Of a stretch of 64,000 bases of DNA, positions 7,902 to 17,459 are shown one piece after another. The translations under genes and the position numbers were made by a program. Under the pieces are notes generated by a model that was not told where the DNA came from, made no database searches, and saw only the letters and a list, made by a program, of their open reading frames with translations. Within the stretch, counting starts at the first letter, position 1. Each line of letters starts with the position of its first letter. Origin of the DNA: Algoriphagus sp. (GTDB lineage Bacteria; Bacteroidota; Bacteroidia; Cytophagales; Cyclobacteriaceae); NCBI RefSeq assembly GCF_046296635.1, contig NZ_JBKBKZ010000018.1, positions 16,977 to 80,976 of the forward strand, written 5' to 3'.

Positions 7902-8023
7902 GAATTTTAAATTACTTGAGTCAATTGAATCACTCTGAAAGCTAATTCCTTAGATTCTTCGGTCTTCCGTCCCTGTGCTGAGCAGCTTGCACGCCGTGGC
8001 GGGAAGTCGAAGCATCCCTCTTC

Positions 8024-10354
8024 CTACTTTTTATTCGCCTTCTTCATCGGATTGTCTCCGGTCGAAACCCCTCTAGCTCCACCTGCGCCTTTAAACATTT
8101 CGAAGCGGCTAGGCTGATATTGTCTCGGCCAGTAGTTGTTACTTTCGTCGATATCGGCAGTTTCTCGCTTGGGATCAAGTACGAAGCGCACGACTTCTTT
8201 TTGCTTCGCAAAAACCTTGGTCACTTGCATCTCATTTTTTCTCCAAATTTCGGCAGGGATTCGCTCGATTTCGGAAGTGCCGTCCGCAAAGTGGAATTCA
8301 ATAATTAATGGCATTACCAATCCACCGACATTTTTGAACGTCATCTCATAGAAATTCATGTTACTATTAAAGACGGCTTTTTCTTTCTCGCTCAGACTTG
8401 CCACAAACTTCTTGTAAGTATCCTCATCTTCCGGAGTGACAGTGAACGGATTGTAGCTATTGTAGAAGTCACGGGTTTTGGGATCTGCTTCCAATACAGT
8501 CTGAGGCACATCCGTTTTGTTGAATTCACGGCTCACATAACTTTCCTCACGATCAAAAGCAGCTTTCGCCTCAGCTTTTCTTGCAGCAGGTGGTCTGTTA
8601 TCCAGTTTGAACCAAGTGACATTTTCTAATGAGATGTCTACAGGATCAGTTCCGTAAAACCAGCCTCTCCAGAACCAATCCAAATCCACAGCCGAAGCGT
8701 CTTCCATCGTTCTGAACAGATCATCCGGAGTTGGGTGTTTAAACATCCATCTTCTCGCATATTCCTTGAAGGCATAGTCAAAAAGCTCACGACCCATGAC
8801 AGTTTCCCGAAGGATATTCAACGCAGTAGCTGGCTTAGCATACGCATTAGGACCAAACTGAATGATGTTTTCCGAATTGGTCATGATCGGCTCAAGTGTG
8901 TTCTTTTCACTTCTCATGTAAGGCACAATCTTGTGTGCTGCTCCACGTCGTGAAGGATAATTTCTGTCCCATTCCTGCTCTGCCATAAATTGCATAAAGG
9001 TGTTCAATCCTTCGTCCATCCAAGTCCACTGTCTTTCATCCGAGTTGACGATCATCGGGAAGAAGTTGTGACCTACCTCGTGGATGATTACTCCGATCAT
9101 GCCGTATTTAACAGCTTCAGAGTAGGTCCCATCCTCGTCCGGACGACCATAGTTGAAGCATATCATCGGGTATTCCATTCCGTTGCTTGCTTCTACTGAG
9201 ATAGCAGTTGGATAAGGATAATCAAAGGTGTGTGCTGAGTAAGATTTGATAGTGTGCGCTACAACTTTGGTGGAATATTGCTCCCAAAGTGGATTGCCTT
9301 CTTTGCCATAGTAAGACATTGCCATTACGTCTTTTCCGCCTTGCTTCACTGCCATAGCATCCCAGATGAATTTTCGAGATGAAGTCCAGGCAAAGTCTCG
9401 GACATTTTCAGCTTTGTAGATCCAAGTCTTTTTGCCGGAAGCTTTCTTTTTCTCCAAAGATTCAGCTTCAGCTTGAGTTCGGATGATCACCGGCTCATCG
9501 TAAGTCTGCTTTGCTTTATTCCATCGGTTGAGTTCGGTGGAGGAAAGTACTTCTTCAGGATTCTGAAGCACTCCAGTCGCTCCGACCATGTGATCGGCAG
9601 GCACGGTGATGCGAACTTCATAATTCCCAAAGGTCAAGGCAAATTCGCCCGAACCCAGAAATTGCTTGTTTTGCCAGCCTTGATAGTCGGAATAAACCGC
9701 CAATCTTGGGAACCACTCCGCCATGGTGTAGAGGTAGTTTCCGTCTTTTGGGAAAAACTCATAACCTGGACGTCCGCCGATAAAGCCCATCCTATCGTGA
9801 ATATTGAAGCTCCAATCGATGGAAAAGCTAAAGCTTTCTCCTGCCTTCAAAGGCTGAGGAAGATCTACTCGCATCATGGTTTTGTTGATGGCGATATTCA
9901 AGGGATTGCCTGAGGCATCTTTGATGGAAGCGATTTTCAGATCATAATCATCGGAGTGCCACAGAATTCCTTCCAGCTGTCGAAGGCTCATTCGTGAATT
10001 TAGGCTTGATTCGGTCACTTTTGGTGCGTCGGAATCCTTGCTTCTGTTGTTTTGATCCAGCTGAATCCAGAGGTAGGTCAACTGATCCGGAGAATTGTTG
10101 ATGTAGGTGACAGTTTCAGATCCTTTGATGGACTGATTGTCGTCGTTGAGTTCTACATTGATCACGTAATTGGCTTGCTGCTGCCAATACATGTGACCCG
10201 GAGCTCCTGAAGCGGTTCGGTACACGTTTGGTGTGCGAAGCATGGGGCCCAGTTGCTCAAATCGGACTGCATGATTTTGCTCAGATTCTTGAGCTAGCAA
10301 AGGAGAAATTCCCAACAGGGTGAAAGCTGTGATTGCAAGTAATTTTTTAATCAT
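8024..10354 (-). CDS. M1 family metallopeptidase (aminopeptidase N-like), secreted
   Basis: Signal peptide. HEVGHNFF with WMDEGLN downstream (HExxH-x18-E). Confidence 0.9.
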   Translation of the reverse strand: MIKKLLAITAFTLLGISPLLAQESEQNHAVRFEQLGPMLRTPNVYRTASGAPGHMYWQQQANYVINVELNDDNQSIKGSETVTYINNSPDQLTYLWIQLDQNNRSKDSDAPKVTESSLNSRMSLRQLEGILWHSDDYDLKIASIKDASGNPLNIAINKTMMRVDLPQPLKAGESFSFSIDWSFNIHDRMGFIGGRPGYEFFPKDGNYLYTMAEWFPRLAVYSDYQGWQNKQFLGSGEFALTFGNYEVRITVPADHMVGATGVLQNPEEVLSSTELNRWNKAKQTYDEPVIIRTQAEAESLEKKKASGKKTWIYKAENVRDFAWTSSRKFIWDAMAVKQGGKDVMAMSYYGKEGNPLWEQYSTKVVAHTIKSYSAHTFDYPYPTAISVEASNGMEYPMICFNYGRPDEDGTYSEAVKYGMIGVIIHEVGHNFFPMIVNSDERQWTWMDEGLNTFMQFMAEQEWDRNYPSRRGAAHKIVPYMRSEKNTLEPIMTNSENIIQFGPNAYAKPATALNILRETVMGRELFDYAFKEYARRWMFKHPTPDDLFRTMEDASAVDLDWFWRGWFYGTDPVDISLENVTWFKLDNRPPAARKAEAKAAFDREESYVSREFNKTDVPQTVLEADPKTRDFYNSYNPFTVTPEDEDTYKKFVASLSEKEKAVFNSNMNFYEMTFKNVGGLVMPLIIEFHFADGTSEIERIPAEIWRKNEMQVTKVFAKQKEVVRFVLDPKRETADIDESNNYWPRQYQPSRFEMFKGAGGARGVSTGDNPMKKANKK

Positions 10355-10433
10355 AATATCAAAGCATAATTAGATTCCTAATAAACGAATTGGAAGTGAA
10401 ACAGAAAAGTATTCTGTTTTTGACGGTAAATTT

Positions 10434-11012
10434 TTACCAAAATTTGGTTTCAAGCATCAGCATGCAGGCTACCCCTAAGACAAAAGCCGACACTACTAAG
10501 GTCCATTCTTTCCGATTGACTCCCGCTAAATTCACCAAAGTTGTCAAAAGCAGGTAGGAAGCGACAATCACAATTTGACCTACTTCCAGACCGATGTTGA
10601 ATGAAAGAAGCGGTTGCCAGATGCTGGTTTCTTTTCCCAGTAATGCTTTAAGGTAATTGGAAAAGCCCAATCCATGGATCAACCCAAAGAAAACGGCAAA
10701 AAGGTAATTGAGCTGTATCCCGCGTCCCGTGCTTGGCTTGGGCTTGAATAGGGTAGCCACAGCGGTAAATGCAATCGTCACAGGAATCAAAAATTCGATG
10801 ACCTCAGAGCGAACTTGGATGACATTAAATGTTGCCAAGGCCAAGGTAAGCGAATGACCGATGGTAAAAGCCGTGATAAGAATCAGTATTTTTTTCCAGT
10901 CTCTGGCCACATAGACTGCGCAAAGCGCCAACACGAAAAGGATATGATCAAAACCCTGAAAGTCCAGAATATGCTGTAATCCGAGTTTGAAATACAATTG
11001 AAATGAACCCAT
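10434..11012 (-). CDS. HupE/UreJ family membrane protein
   Basis: 192 aa, polytopic, with conserved GFDHILF and FTIGHSLTL motifs. Confidence 0.8.
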   Translation of the reverse strand: MGSFQLYFKLGLQHILDFQGFDHILFVLALCAVYVARDWKKILILITAFTIGHSLTLALATFNVIQVRSEVIEFLIPVTIAFTAVATLFKPKPSTGRGIQLNYLFAVFFGLIHGLGFSNYLKALLGKETSIWQPLLSFNIGLEVGQIVIVASYLLLTTLVNLAGVNRKEWTLVVSAFVLGVACMLMLETKFW

Positions 11013-11094
11013 ATTTAGGAAAAGCTACTGCGAAAGAACTAAATTGCGGCGAAAATACAGGTAAATTCCCACAAAAGGCGCAAAGCCCTGACAA

Positions 11095-11586
11095 ATGCAG
11101 CAACTTTCCTTATCCGTGATTCTCTTTGTTTGGACATCTGTTTTCCATCCCTTTTTCATCAGTCTGACTGAAATGCGCTATAATCCGGAATCAAAAAAGA
11201 TGGAGATCGCCCAGAAGATTTTTTGGGATGACCTGGAAGTGGCTTTGGGTAATGAATTCAAGGAAAAAGTGGATTTTCTCAATCCAAAAGATAAGCCAAA
11301 GCTGGAAGGCCAACTCAAGGAATATTTGCTAAAGCATAATCAAGTCGTGGTCAATGGAAAAGCTTTGACTTTAACTTATCTTGGGTTTGAAATCGAAGAA
11401 GATGCAGCTTGGTTTTACCTCGAATCCTCCCAAACTGAAATCCCCAATTCTGTCGAAGTCAAAAGCACCATCTTACTCAATGATTTTAACGGACAGCAGA
11501 ACATCGTCCATGTTTACAGCCAATCCAAGTCTCCTCGAAGTTTGCTTTTGGGAAAAGGGGAGGAAAAGGGGAAGATTGATTTTTAG
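11095..11586 (+). CDS. Hypothetical protein (DUF6702-like)
   Basis: 163 aa. The N-terminal HPFFISLTEMRYNPESKKMEIAQKIFWDDLE resembles the family commonly found next to HupE in Bacteroidota. The family name is from memory only. Confidence 0.55.
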   Translation: MQQLSLSVILFVWTSVFHPFFISLTEMRYNPESKKMEIAQKIFWDDLEVALGNEFKEKVDFLNPKDKPKLEGQLKEYLLKHNQVVVNGKALTLTYLGFEIEEDAAWFYLESSQTEIPNSVEVKSTILLNDFNGQQNIVHVYSQSKSPRSLLLGKGEEKGKIDF

Positions 11587-11692
11587 AAGTATCAAGACGC
11601 TAGATATAAGTATCAAGACGGTTGACGCGAGTGACAAAAGAGCAATAACCAATGGTCAATGTTCAATTCTCAAGACGGGGCAATCGTCCTTG

Positions 11693-11727
11693 AAAAAAGC
11701 CGCCAGAAATCAATCTGACGGCTTTTT
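11693..11727. terminator. Bidirectional terminator between the DUF6702-like gene and glyQS
   Basis: AAAAAAGCCGCCAG...CTGACGGCTTTTT hairpin flanked by an A-run and a T-run. Confidence 0.6.
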
Positions 11728-11758
11728 ACATCGGTCATCGATCATCCGACACCCGACA

Positions 11759-13225
11759 TCACAGTTTCTCAAATATCCTTCTAAAGCTTGTCGCCTCGGC
11801 GATTCTGCCGTGAAGTTCGGAGATCGAAACACGTTCCTGTTCGGTCGTGTCGCGATGACGGATAGTGACGGTATTGTCTTCTAAAGTCTGATGATCGACA
11901 GCAATACAGAAAGGCGTTCCGATCAAATCCTGTCGTGCATAACGTTTACCGATCGAAGCCGCATCTTCATAAATAATGTTGAAATCATATTTCAGCAATT
12001 CCACGATTTCCTTCGCTTTCTCCGGAAGTCCGTCCTTTTTCACGATTGGGAGAATGGCAGCTTTAACTGGTGCAATCGCAGGATGGAACTTCAAATATGT
12101 TCGGCTTTTTTCGGCTGAACTTTCCTCTGTGTAAGCATTGCAAAGAGTCAAAAGGAACAAGCGATCTGCTCCGATGGAAGTTTCGATCACATACGGGATA
12201 TAATTCTGATTGATTTCCGGATCAAAGTATTGCTGCTTCTTTCTGGAGAATTCCTGATGGCTTTTCAGGTCAAAATCTGTTCTGGAGTGGATACCTTCCA
12301 CTTCTTTGAAGCCAAAAGGGAATTCAAACTCAATGTCCATTGCTGCATTTGCATAGTGAGCGAGTTTTTCGTGATCGTGTTTTTTAAGCTTTGCCGCAGG
12401 CGTACCCAAAGCCAAATGCCATTTCATTCGAGTTTCTGCCCAGAAGGCGTACCAGTCAATTTCTGTACCAGGGCGAATGAAAAACTGCATTTCCATTTGC
12501 TCAAATTCCCTCATTCTGAAGATGAACTGACGAGCGACGATTTCATTTCTGAAGGCTTTTCCGATCTGCGCAATGCCGAAAGGAACTTTCATCCGAGCCG
12601 TTTTCTGCACATTAAGGAAGTTGACAAAAATGCCCTGTGCAGTCTCAGGACGCAAATAAATGGTGGAGGAATCTTCTGCCACAGAACCCACTTGCGTGGA
12701 AAACATCAGATTGAACTGGCGCACGTCCGTCCAGTTAGAAGTGCCGCTGATCGGGCATTTGATGCCTGCGTTGGTGATCAAGTCACGGACTCCGTCAAGG
12801 TCTTCAGCTTCCAGCATTCTTGCCAAAGCAACAGTCAAGGACTTGCCTTTTTCTTCTTGACCTTCTTTTTCAAGTTTGGCAGCATGCTCTTCTACTAAGA
12901 CATCGGCCCGGTAGCGCTTTTTGCTGTCCTTGTTGTCGATCATTGGATCGTTGAAAGAGTCCACGTGACCGGAAGCCTTCCAAGTGGTCGGATGCATAAA
13001 AATGGAGGCATCAATCCCGACGATATTGTCCTGCACGCGAGTCATGGATTCCCACCAAAGTCGCTTCAGGTTATTTTTCAATTCTACTCCATAAGCGCCA
13101 TAATCATAGACAGCCTGCAAGCCGTCATAGATTTCAGAACTTGGGTACACAAAACCATACTCTTTAGCATGGGAAATAATATCTTTCAATTGAGCGTTTT
13201 CGCCCGGAGTTTCTGTCTTTGCCAT
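11759..13225 (-). CDS. glyQS: Glycine--tRNA ligase (dimeric GlyQS type)
   Basis: Class II aaRS motifs and GFVYPSSEIYDGL near the N-terminus. The ATG at 13225 is preferred over the TTG at 13234. Confidence 0.93.
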   Translation of the reverse strand: MAKTETPGENAQLKDIISHAKEYGFVYPSSEIYDGLQAVYDYGAYGVELKNNLKRLWWESMTRVQDNIVGIDASIFMHPTTWKASGHVDSFNDPMIDNKDSKKRYRADVLVEEHAAKLEKEGQEEKGKSLTVALARMLEAEDLDGVRDLITNAGIKCPISGTSNWTDVRQFNLMFSTQVGSVAEDSSTIYLRPETAQGIFVNFLNVQKTARMKVPFGIAQIGKAFRNEIVARQFIFRMREFEQMEMQFFIRPGTEIDWYAFWAETRMKWHLALGTPAAKLKKHDHEKLAHYANAAMDIEFEFPFGFKEVEGIHSRTDFDLKSHQEFSRKKQQYFDPEINQNYIPYVIETSIGADRLFLLTLCNAYTEESSAEKSRTYLKFHPAIAPVKAAILPIVKKDGLPEKAKEIVELLKYDFNIIYEDAASIGKRYARQDLIGTPFCIAVDHQTLEDNTVTIRHRDTTEQERVSISELHGRIAEATSFRRIFEKL

Positions 13226-13436
13226 AGGCCGCAAAAATAAGGAAACAAATTGATTTGAACCGATTTCTTGCTTGCTAGAGGTGAATCAAACCAGGGTTTT
13301 TAAGATTCTCGGAATGTCAGAGGGGAAAAAGGTATTAAAAAAGGCAAGGAGGTTTTACAATAAAATTGATCTATCTTAAAACTAACAAGTACAATTCTCG
13401 TTGATTCTTTTATTCCAAAACTAACTCACCCTAAGA

Positions 13437-13571
13437 TGAATCAACGATTTTTATTAATTTTACCACTTTTGTTGCTGTCATTAAATGCTCAGGACCTGCC
13501 TGCTGAATTTAAAGAGTTTAGAGTAGGATTTTTAATAAATCCCTGCTTTGGGATGACCATTTATCTATAAA
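13437..13571 (+). CDS. Possible 44-aa secreted peptide or gene remnant
   Basis: ATG ORF MNQRFLLILPLLLLSLNAQD..., signal-peptide-like, followed by its own hairpin at 13577-13605. Confidence 0.25.
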
Positions 13572-13576
13572 TGAAT

Positions 13577-13605
13577 AAGCCTCCGAAAGTCAATTTCGGA
13601 GGCTT
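13577..13605 (+). terminator. Hairpin AAGCCTCCGAAA / TTTCGGAGGCTT
   Basis: Perfect 12-bp stem with a 5-nt loop, directly after the small ORF. Confidence 0.55.
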
Positions 13606-13738
13606 TCTTCATAATATGGCTTGTGTCTAATTGCATATTCGTTTCTTAGCCAATAATTGAGACCAAGAGTGGAAATAGGGACAAAATTTTAATTCCGTCC
13701 TCTTCGGTCTCCCGTCTACTGTCTTCCATTCTATTTTT

Positions 13739-14176
13739 TTACCTAAACGTGTATTTGACTCCTACTCCTCCCCGGAGGTAGCTACCATATTCATCATAGA
13801 AGACCGGTGCTGCTTCGATCAAAAACCCAAAATTCTTATTGTCCAGTGGTTTGATCAAAACGCCAAAAGGGATCACCAAATAGGTTCCGTTGTAGTATCG
13901 GTCTCTTCTGTTGTAATAATGATCAAAAAGGCCAAGACCCACTCCCACATAGGCATTGACATCAGATTTTCTGACAAAATTATAAGCGCCCATTAATTCC
14001 AAGCCTATGGCCCGACCTAAACCTAAGCGAGCTTCGCCGAAAAACTCCTTGTCAGGATCGGTTCCTATAGTGATAAAAGTTCGGGTGTTTTGAAAGTTGA
14101 TACCGGCACTTACTTGGGCTTCAGCAATAGAAACCAGACCCATCATTAGGATCGAGAAGAAGATTAATTTTTTCAT
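13739..14176 (-). CDS. Small secreted protein, probably an outer-membrane beta-barrel
   Basis: Signal peptide MKKLIFFSILMMGLVSIAEAQ, alternating Gly/aromatic pattern, C-terminal YTFR. Confidence 0.55.
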   Translation of the reverse strand: MKKLIFFSILMMGLVSIAEAQVSAGINFQNTRTFITIGTDPDKEFFGEARLGLGRAIGLELMGAYNFVRKSDVNAYVGVGLGLFDHYYNRRDRYYNGTYLVIPFGVLIKPLDNKNFGFLIEAAPVFYDEYGSYLRGGVGVKYTFR

Positions 14177-14228
14177 TTTATCAAGAGTTGGTTGAATTTC
14201 CACCTAGACAAAGTCCAAGCCAAAATTC

Positions 14229-15275
14229 TTACCAACCGCCTTCTGATTGGGACACTTTTCTTCCTTCTTTGGCACTTTTGAAGGCCGATTCGATGATCTT
14301 CAACACGGATATAGTCTGAGGCAAAGTCACTTGAAGGGGCACGTCTTTCAGAATTGCATCTGCGACATTTTGATAAAAAATCCGGTAATCGCCATTTACA
14401 GTTTGCAAAGGAACAGTCTCATTTTCGAGATAAAGCTTTCCCCATCTTTCTTCAGGATCTACCCCCCAATTCTTTCCTTCGGGAATTCTCCCATCTTTGA
14501 AAGCCTGCTCCTGCACATCGAGAAAGAACTTTTGATAACTTCCTTTTTCTCCCAAAAGCAAAAATTTCGGTGTCGGCACATTCACCAAAACACCGGCAGT
14601 GACTCGAGCTTTGAAACCTTCATAGAAAAGCGAAATGTCAAAATAATCGTCTGCAATTGCGTTTTTCCGTTGTTTTTGGATGTCTGCAAAAATGGATTCA
14701 GGCTTTCCAAAAAGTAAAACCACTTGATCAATCAAATGTGATCCGAGATCGAAAGTGATTCCATTGCCGGGGACGTCTTTTTCTCGCCAGTTTTCAGAAA
14801 CCACTGGGCGAAAGCGATCGAAATGAGATTCCAAATAGACCAATTCTCCGAGGGTTTTCTCAGCAACAAGCTTTTGCAGGGTTCGGAAATCACCGTCATA
14901 TCGACGGTTATGAAAAACACTACAAATCAAATTTTTTTCCTTGGCAATTTGATCTAATTCTACAGCCTCATGGGAATAGATCGTGACAGGCTTATCCACC
15001 ACGACATGCTTTCCCGCCAACAGGCATTGCTTTGCCATAGGAAAGTGAAACTCATTCGGAGTGGTGATACAGATAAGGTCAGCAAAGTCCCCTGACAGCA
15101 GCTCGTCCAAGCTTCGAACTGTCATCACATTGGGGAATTTCTCCTCACATCTATTGCCGTTTCGCTCCACAACAGCCACAAAATCCAAGTCAGGACAAAC
15201 TGAGATCAAGGGGGCGTGCATTTTTTCGGCAACGGAACCATAGCCAACTAGCGCAGTACGAATAGGATTATTCAT
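14229..15275 (-). CDS. Gfo/Idh/MocA family oxidoreductase (cytoplasmic)
   Basis: N-terminal Rossmann motif ALVGYGSVAEKMHAP, plus the EKP motif (VVDKPV). Confidence 0.85.
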   Translation of the reverse strand: MNNPIRTALVGYGSVAEKMHAPLISVCPDLDFVAVVERNGNRCEEKFPNVMTVRSLDELLSGDFADLICITTPNEFHFPMAKQCLLAGKHVVVDKPVTIYSHEAVELDQIAKEKNLICSVFHNRRYDGDFRTLQKLVAEKTLGELVYLESHFDRFRPVVSENWREKDVPGNGITFDLGSHLIDQVVLLFGKPESIFADIQKQRKNAIADDYFDISLFYEGFKARVTAGVLVNVPTPKFLLLGEKGSYQKFFLDVQEQAFKDGRIPEGKNWGVDPEERWGKLYLENETVPLQTVNGDYRIFYQNVADAILKDVPLQVTLPQTISVLKIIESAFKSAKEGRKVSQSEGGW

Positions 15276-15287
15276 AAATGGAAAAAT

Positions 15288-15914
15288 TTAAAGATGCATC
15301 TCACTCACCTTTTTCAGTAATTCTACTCTTGAGGTGACTTGCAGCTTAAGGTGAATATTTTTACGATGAGTTTCTATGGTTTGAATGCTTAGGCTCAGTG
15401 TTTCGGCGATTTCACGATTAAGCAATCCTGTACTGATCATTTTCAAGATTTGGGTTTCGCGTCTCGAAAGCCTGTATTTTTCCCGAAAAGCATCAAAAAA
15501 AGGAGTTACATCAGCCTGTTGGATTACCCGATTAAAGTCCACTACATATCTACCTTCATTTACTTCGTTGATCGTGAAGATGAGTTCATCAGGATCGGCA
15601 TCTTTTAAGATGAAAGCATTTGCCCCAAGCTGTATACACTCTCTAAAAATTTTTTCCTCGTCATACATAGACAAGACGATCACCTTTAACTCAGGATGGT
15701 GCTTTTTACAATGGCGAAGTACACCGAATCCGTCGACTATTGGCATGTTGAGGTCAGTCAGGACAATATCAACAACCTCAGTATCCAAATACTCAAGCAG
15801 TTCTTTTCCATTGGGGAAAAGCCCGGTTACCAAAAATCCCTCATGCTCTTCTATGAGTCCTTCCAGTCCTTTAGCAAATAATTTATGGTCATCGGCAAGC
15901 GCGATTCGAATCAT
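15288..15914 (-). CDS. Response regulator, NarL/LuxR family
   Basis: Receiver domain (ALADDH...LTDLNMP) plus a C-terminal LuxR HTH (LSRRETQILKMISTGLLNREIA). Confidence 0.9.
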   Translation of the reverse strand: MIRIALADDHKLFAKGLEGLIEEHEGFLVTGLFPNGKELLEYLDTEVVDIVLTDLNMPIVDGFGVLRHCKKHHPELKVIVLSMYDEEKIFRECIQLGANAFILKDADPDELIFTINEVNEGRYVVDFNRVIQQADVTPFFDAFREKYRLSRRETQILKMISTGLLNREIAETLSLSIQTIETHRKNIHLKLQVTSRVELLKKVSEMHL

Positions 15915-15985
15915 TTTTAGGAAAGCAGTTAAATTAAAAGGGGGAGAGGGAATTACTAAGGATTTTGGAAGTTAAAGGACTTAAT

Positions 15986-16741
15986 TCAAAAAGGCAACTC
16001 TAAAGTGATATGTGTGCCTTTTCCGACGACAGATGTCAGATTAAATGAACCATTAATAGTTTCCATTCGCTTTTTTAAGTTGAACATCCCGCTCCCTGAG
16101 GTTTGTTGAGTGATATCAAATCCAGCTCCATCGTCTATGATTTCGATTTTTCTGAAAGCTTGATTGCTAGAGATCTGAATGATTATTAATTCGGGATGCG
16201 CATGTTTGATGGCATTGTTTAGGGATTCTTGGATGACTCGAATGAGGACAAGTTTTTGGTCTTTTTTCAATTCCAGAAAAGATCCATCCGAGCTCAAGGA
16301 AGTTTCACAATAGCCGGTTGATTTGATTTTTTCCAACTGCTGTTGAATAAATTCATCCAGTGAAATGGATTCCACCCAATCCAGATTCAGAGTCTTCGAG
16401 AGCGCTCGGACTTCTTTGATGATTTGATTGATATATTCCTTGCCTTCAGCTTGCTTTTCAGGTTTTTGAGAGTGAAGATTGAGCTTGGCCAGAGAAAGCA
16501 GCTGTCCGATGTTATCATGAAGCTCACGTCCGATATGTGTCAGTGTTTCCTGCTGGATTTCATTTTCTACGTTGAGCAGGGTCTTTTCATGTTCAACTCG
16601 TATCTGATCGAGTTTTTGCCGATTTTGAACTTGTCTTTGGCGATGGATGAATACCATTGCAACCACAAAAACTGACATTAGGAAAGCAAAGAATATCCCC
16701 CCAAAAAGAATTAAAAGAAATTGACTTTCCTGTTCAGACAT
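15986..16741 (-). CDS. Sensor histidine kinase (HisKA_3 type), single N-terminal TM
   Basis: H-box ELHDNIGQLLS and an HATPase region (NAIKHA...DDGAGF). The start overlaps the upstream stop (ATGTCTGA). Confidence 0.85.
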   Translation of the reverse strand: MSEQESQFLLILFGGIFFAFLMSVFVVAMVFIHRQRQVQNRQKLDQIRVEHEKTLLNVENEIQQETLTHIGRELHDNIGQLLSLAKLNLHSQKPEKQAEGKEYINQIIKEVRALSKTLNLDWVESISLDEFIQQQLEKIKSTGYCETSLSSDGSFLELKKDQKLVLIRVIQESLNNAIKHAHPELIIIQISSNQAFRKIEIIDDGAGFDITQQTSGSGMFNLKKRMETINGSFNLTSVVGKGTHITLELPF

Positions 16742-17450
16742 GAATGATTTCGTGTTGAAATTTATTTTTAATCACGAGTGAGTATATGCCCAAGCAAAGC
16801 AGCAGATTGCACAGTATTGCCATATTCTTCGGGATTTCTATTACCATATAAAAAATATCTAAATGATTGGTATAAAGATATTTATATGAAATATAGATCA
16901 TGAAAGACGAAGAAATGTAAAATAAAATAACAGTGGTTACCCAAAAGCTAAATTCTCTTAATGGATTTATTTCCAAAAACTCATCAAGTGTAATTAATTC
17001 AAAAAAATACAAACCACAGCAGATTAGGACCATAACTGAATTAAGAAATGAAAGATATTCCCCCGTGTCATTAATTTGAGCAGTTCCGCAGAGATGCAAA
17101 AAAACAGAAATCAGAAGAAAAAGTATAATTAATAAATTGACCATCTTTTTGTGACTCTTCTTTTTAAGAAAACTCCGGATTAATAGAAAAAATAAAATAG
17201 CAGTAATATGAACATTGAATAGATTATATACCCATTGGTTTACTAATTTCTGAGAGATTAAAACCGCTGCTAGTATTTCGTAGAAAGCAACAATAACCAC
17301 AATTATAAGTGACAGTTGAACGGCCTCAATTCTTTTTTGCTTTTTGGAAAGAATGGAATATCCCAGGATGCCTACCACTGCAAAACTTCCTAAAAGGATA
17401 TGGTAATAGCCAATTCGATCAAAAAATAAATCAAAGGTAAATTGATCCAT
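16734..17450 (-). CDS. Polytopic membrane protein of unknown function, coupled to the kinase
   Basis: 238 aa with about 6-7 hydrophobic segments by eye. Visibly AT-rich. 8-nt overlap with the kinase start. Confidence 0.65.
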   Translation of the reverse strand: MDQFTFDLFFDRIGYYHILLGSFAVVGILGYSILSKKQKRIEAVQLSLIIVVIVAFYEILAAVLISQKLVNQWVYNLFNVHITAILFFLLIRSFLKKKSHKKMVNLLIILFLLISVFLHLCGTAQINDTGEYLSFLNSVMVLICCGLYFFELITLDEFLEINPLREFSFWVTTVILFYISSSFMIYISYKYLYTNHLDIFYMVIEIPKNMAILCNLLLCLGIYSLVIKNKFQHEIIHV

Positions 17451-17459
17451 TTGAGGTAA

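Noticed and set aside
7943-7972. The motif TAATTCC..TCTTCGGTCT(T/C)CCGTC is shared with 13690-13716. Both copies lie just 3' of minus-strand genes.
   Set aside because: The exact shared blocks are only 7, 10 and 5 nt, so I cannot exclude chance without a genome-wide count. It is worth a motif search but is not reported as a feature.
11587-11620. A 13-nt direct repeat, AAGTATCAAGACG, occurring twice 21 nt apart after the DUF6702-like gene.
   Set aside because: It is too short and isolated to interpret, and it lies next to an ordinary bidirectional terminator.
12230-12898. A 222-aa plus-strand ORF. The track also lists 11381-11884, 15385-15975, 9473-9913, 37941-38366, 47564-48085 and 4673-5086.
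   Set aside because: Each is antisense to, or out of frame within, a well-supported gene (glyQS, response regulator, M1 peptidase, prfA, susD, permease). None has a recognisable motif.
16734-17450. A visibly AT-rich gene, as possible evidence of horizontal acquisition.
   Set aside because: Composition was judged by eye only. The Ile/Phe/Leu/Lys/Asn-rich membrane protein could account for the bias. GC and codon-usage statistics against the whole genome are needed.
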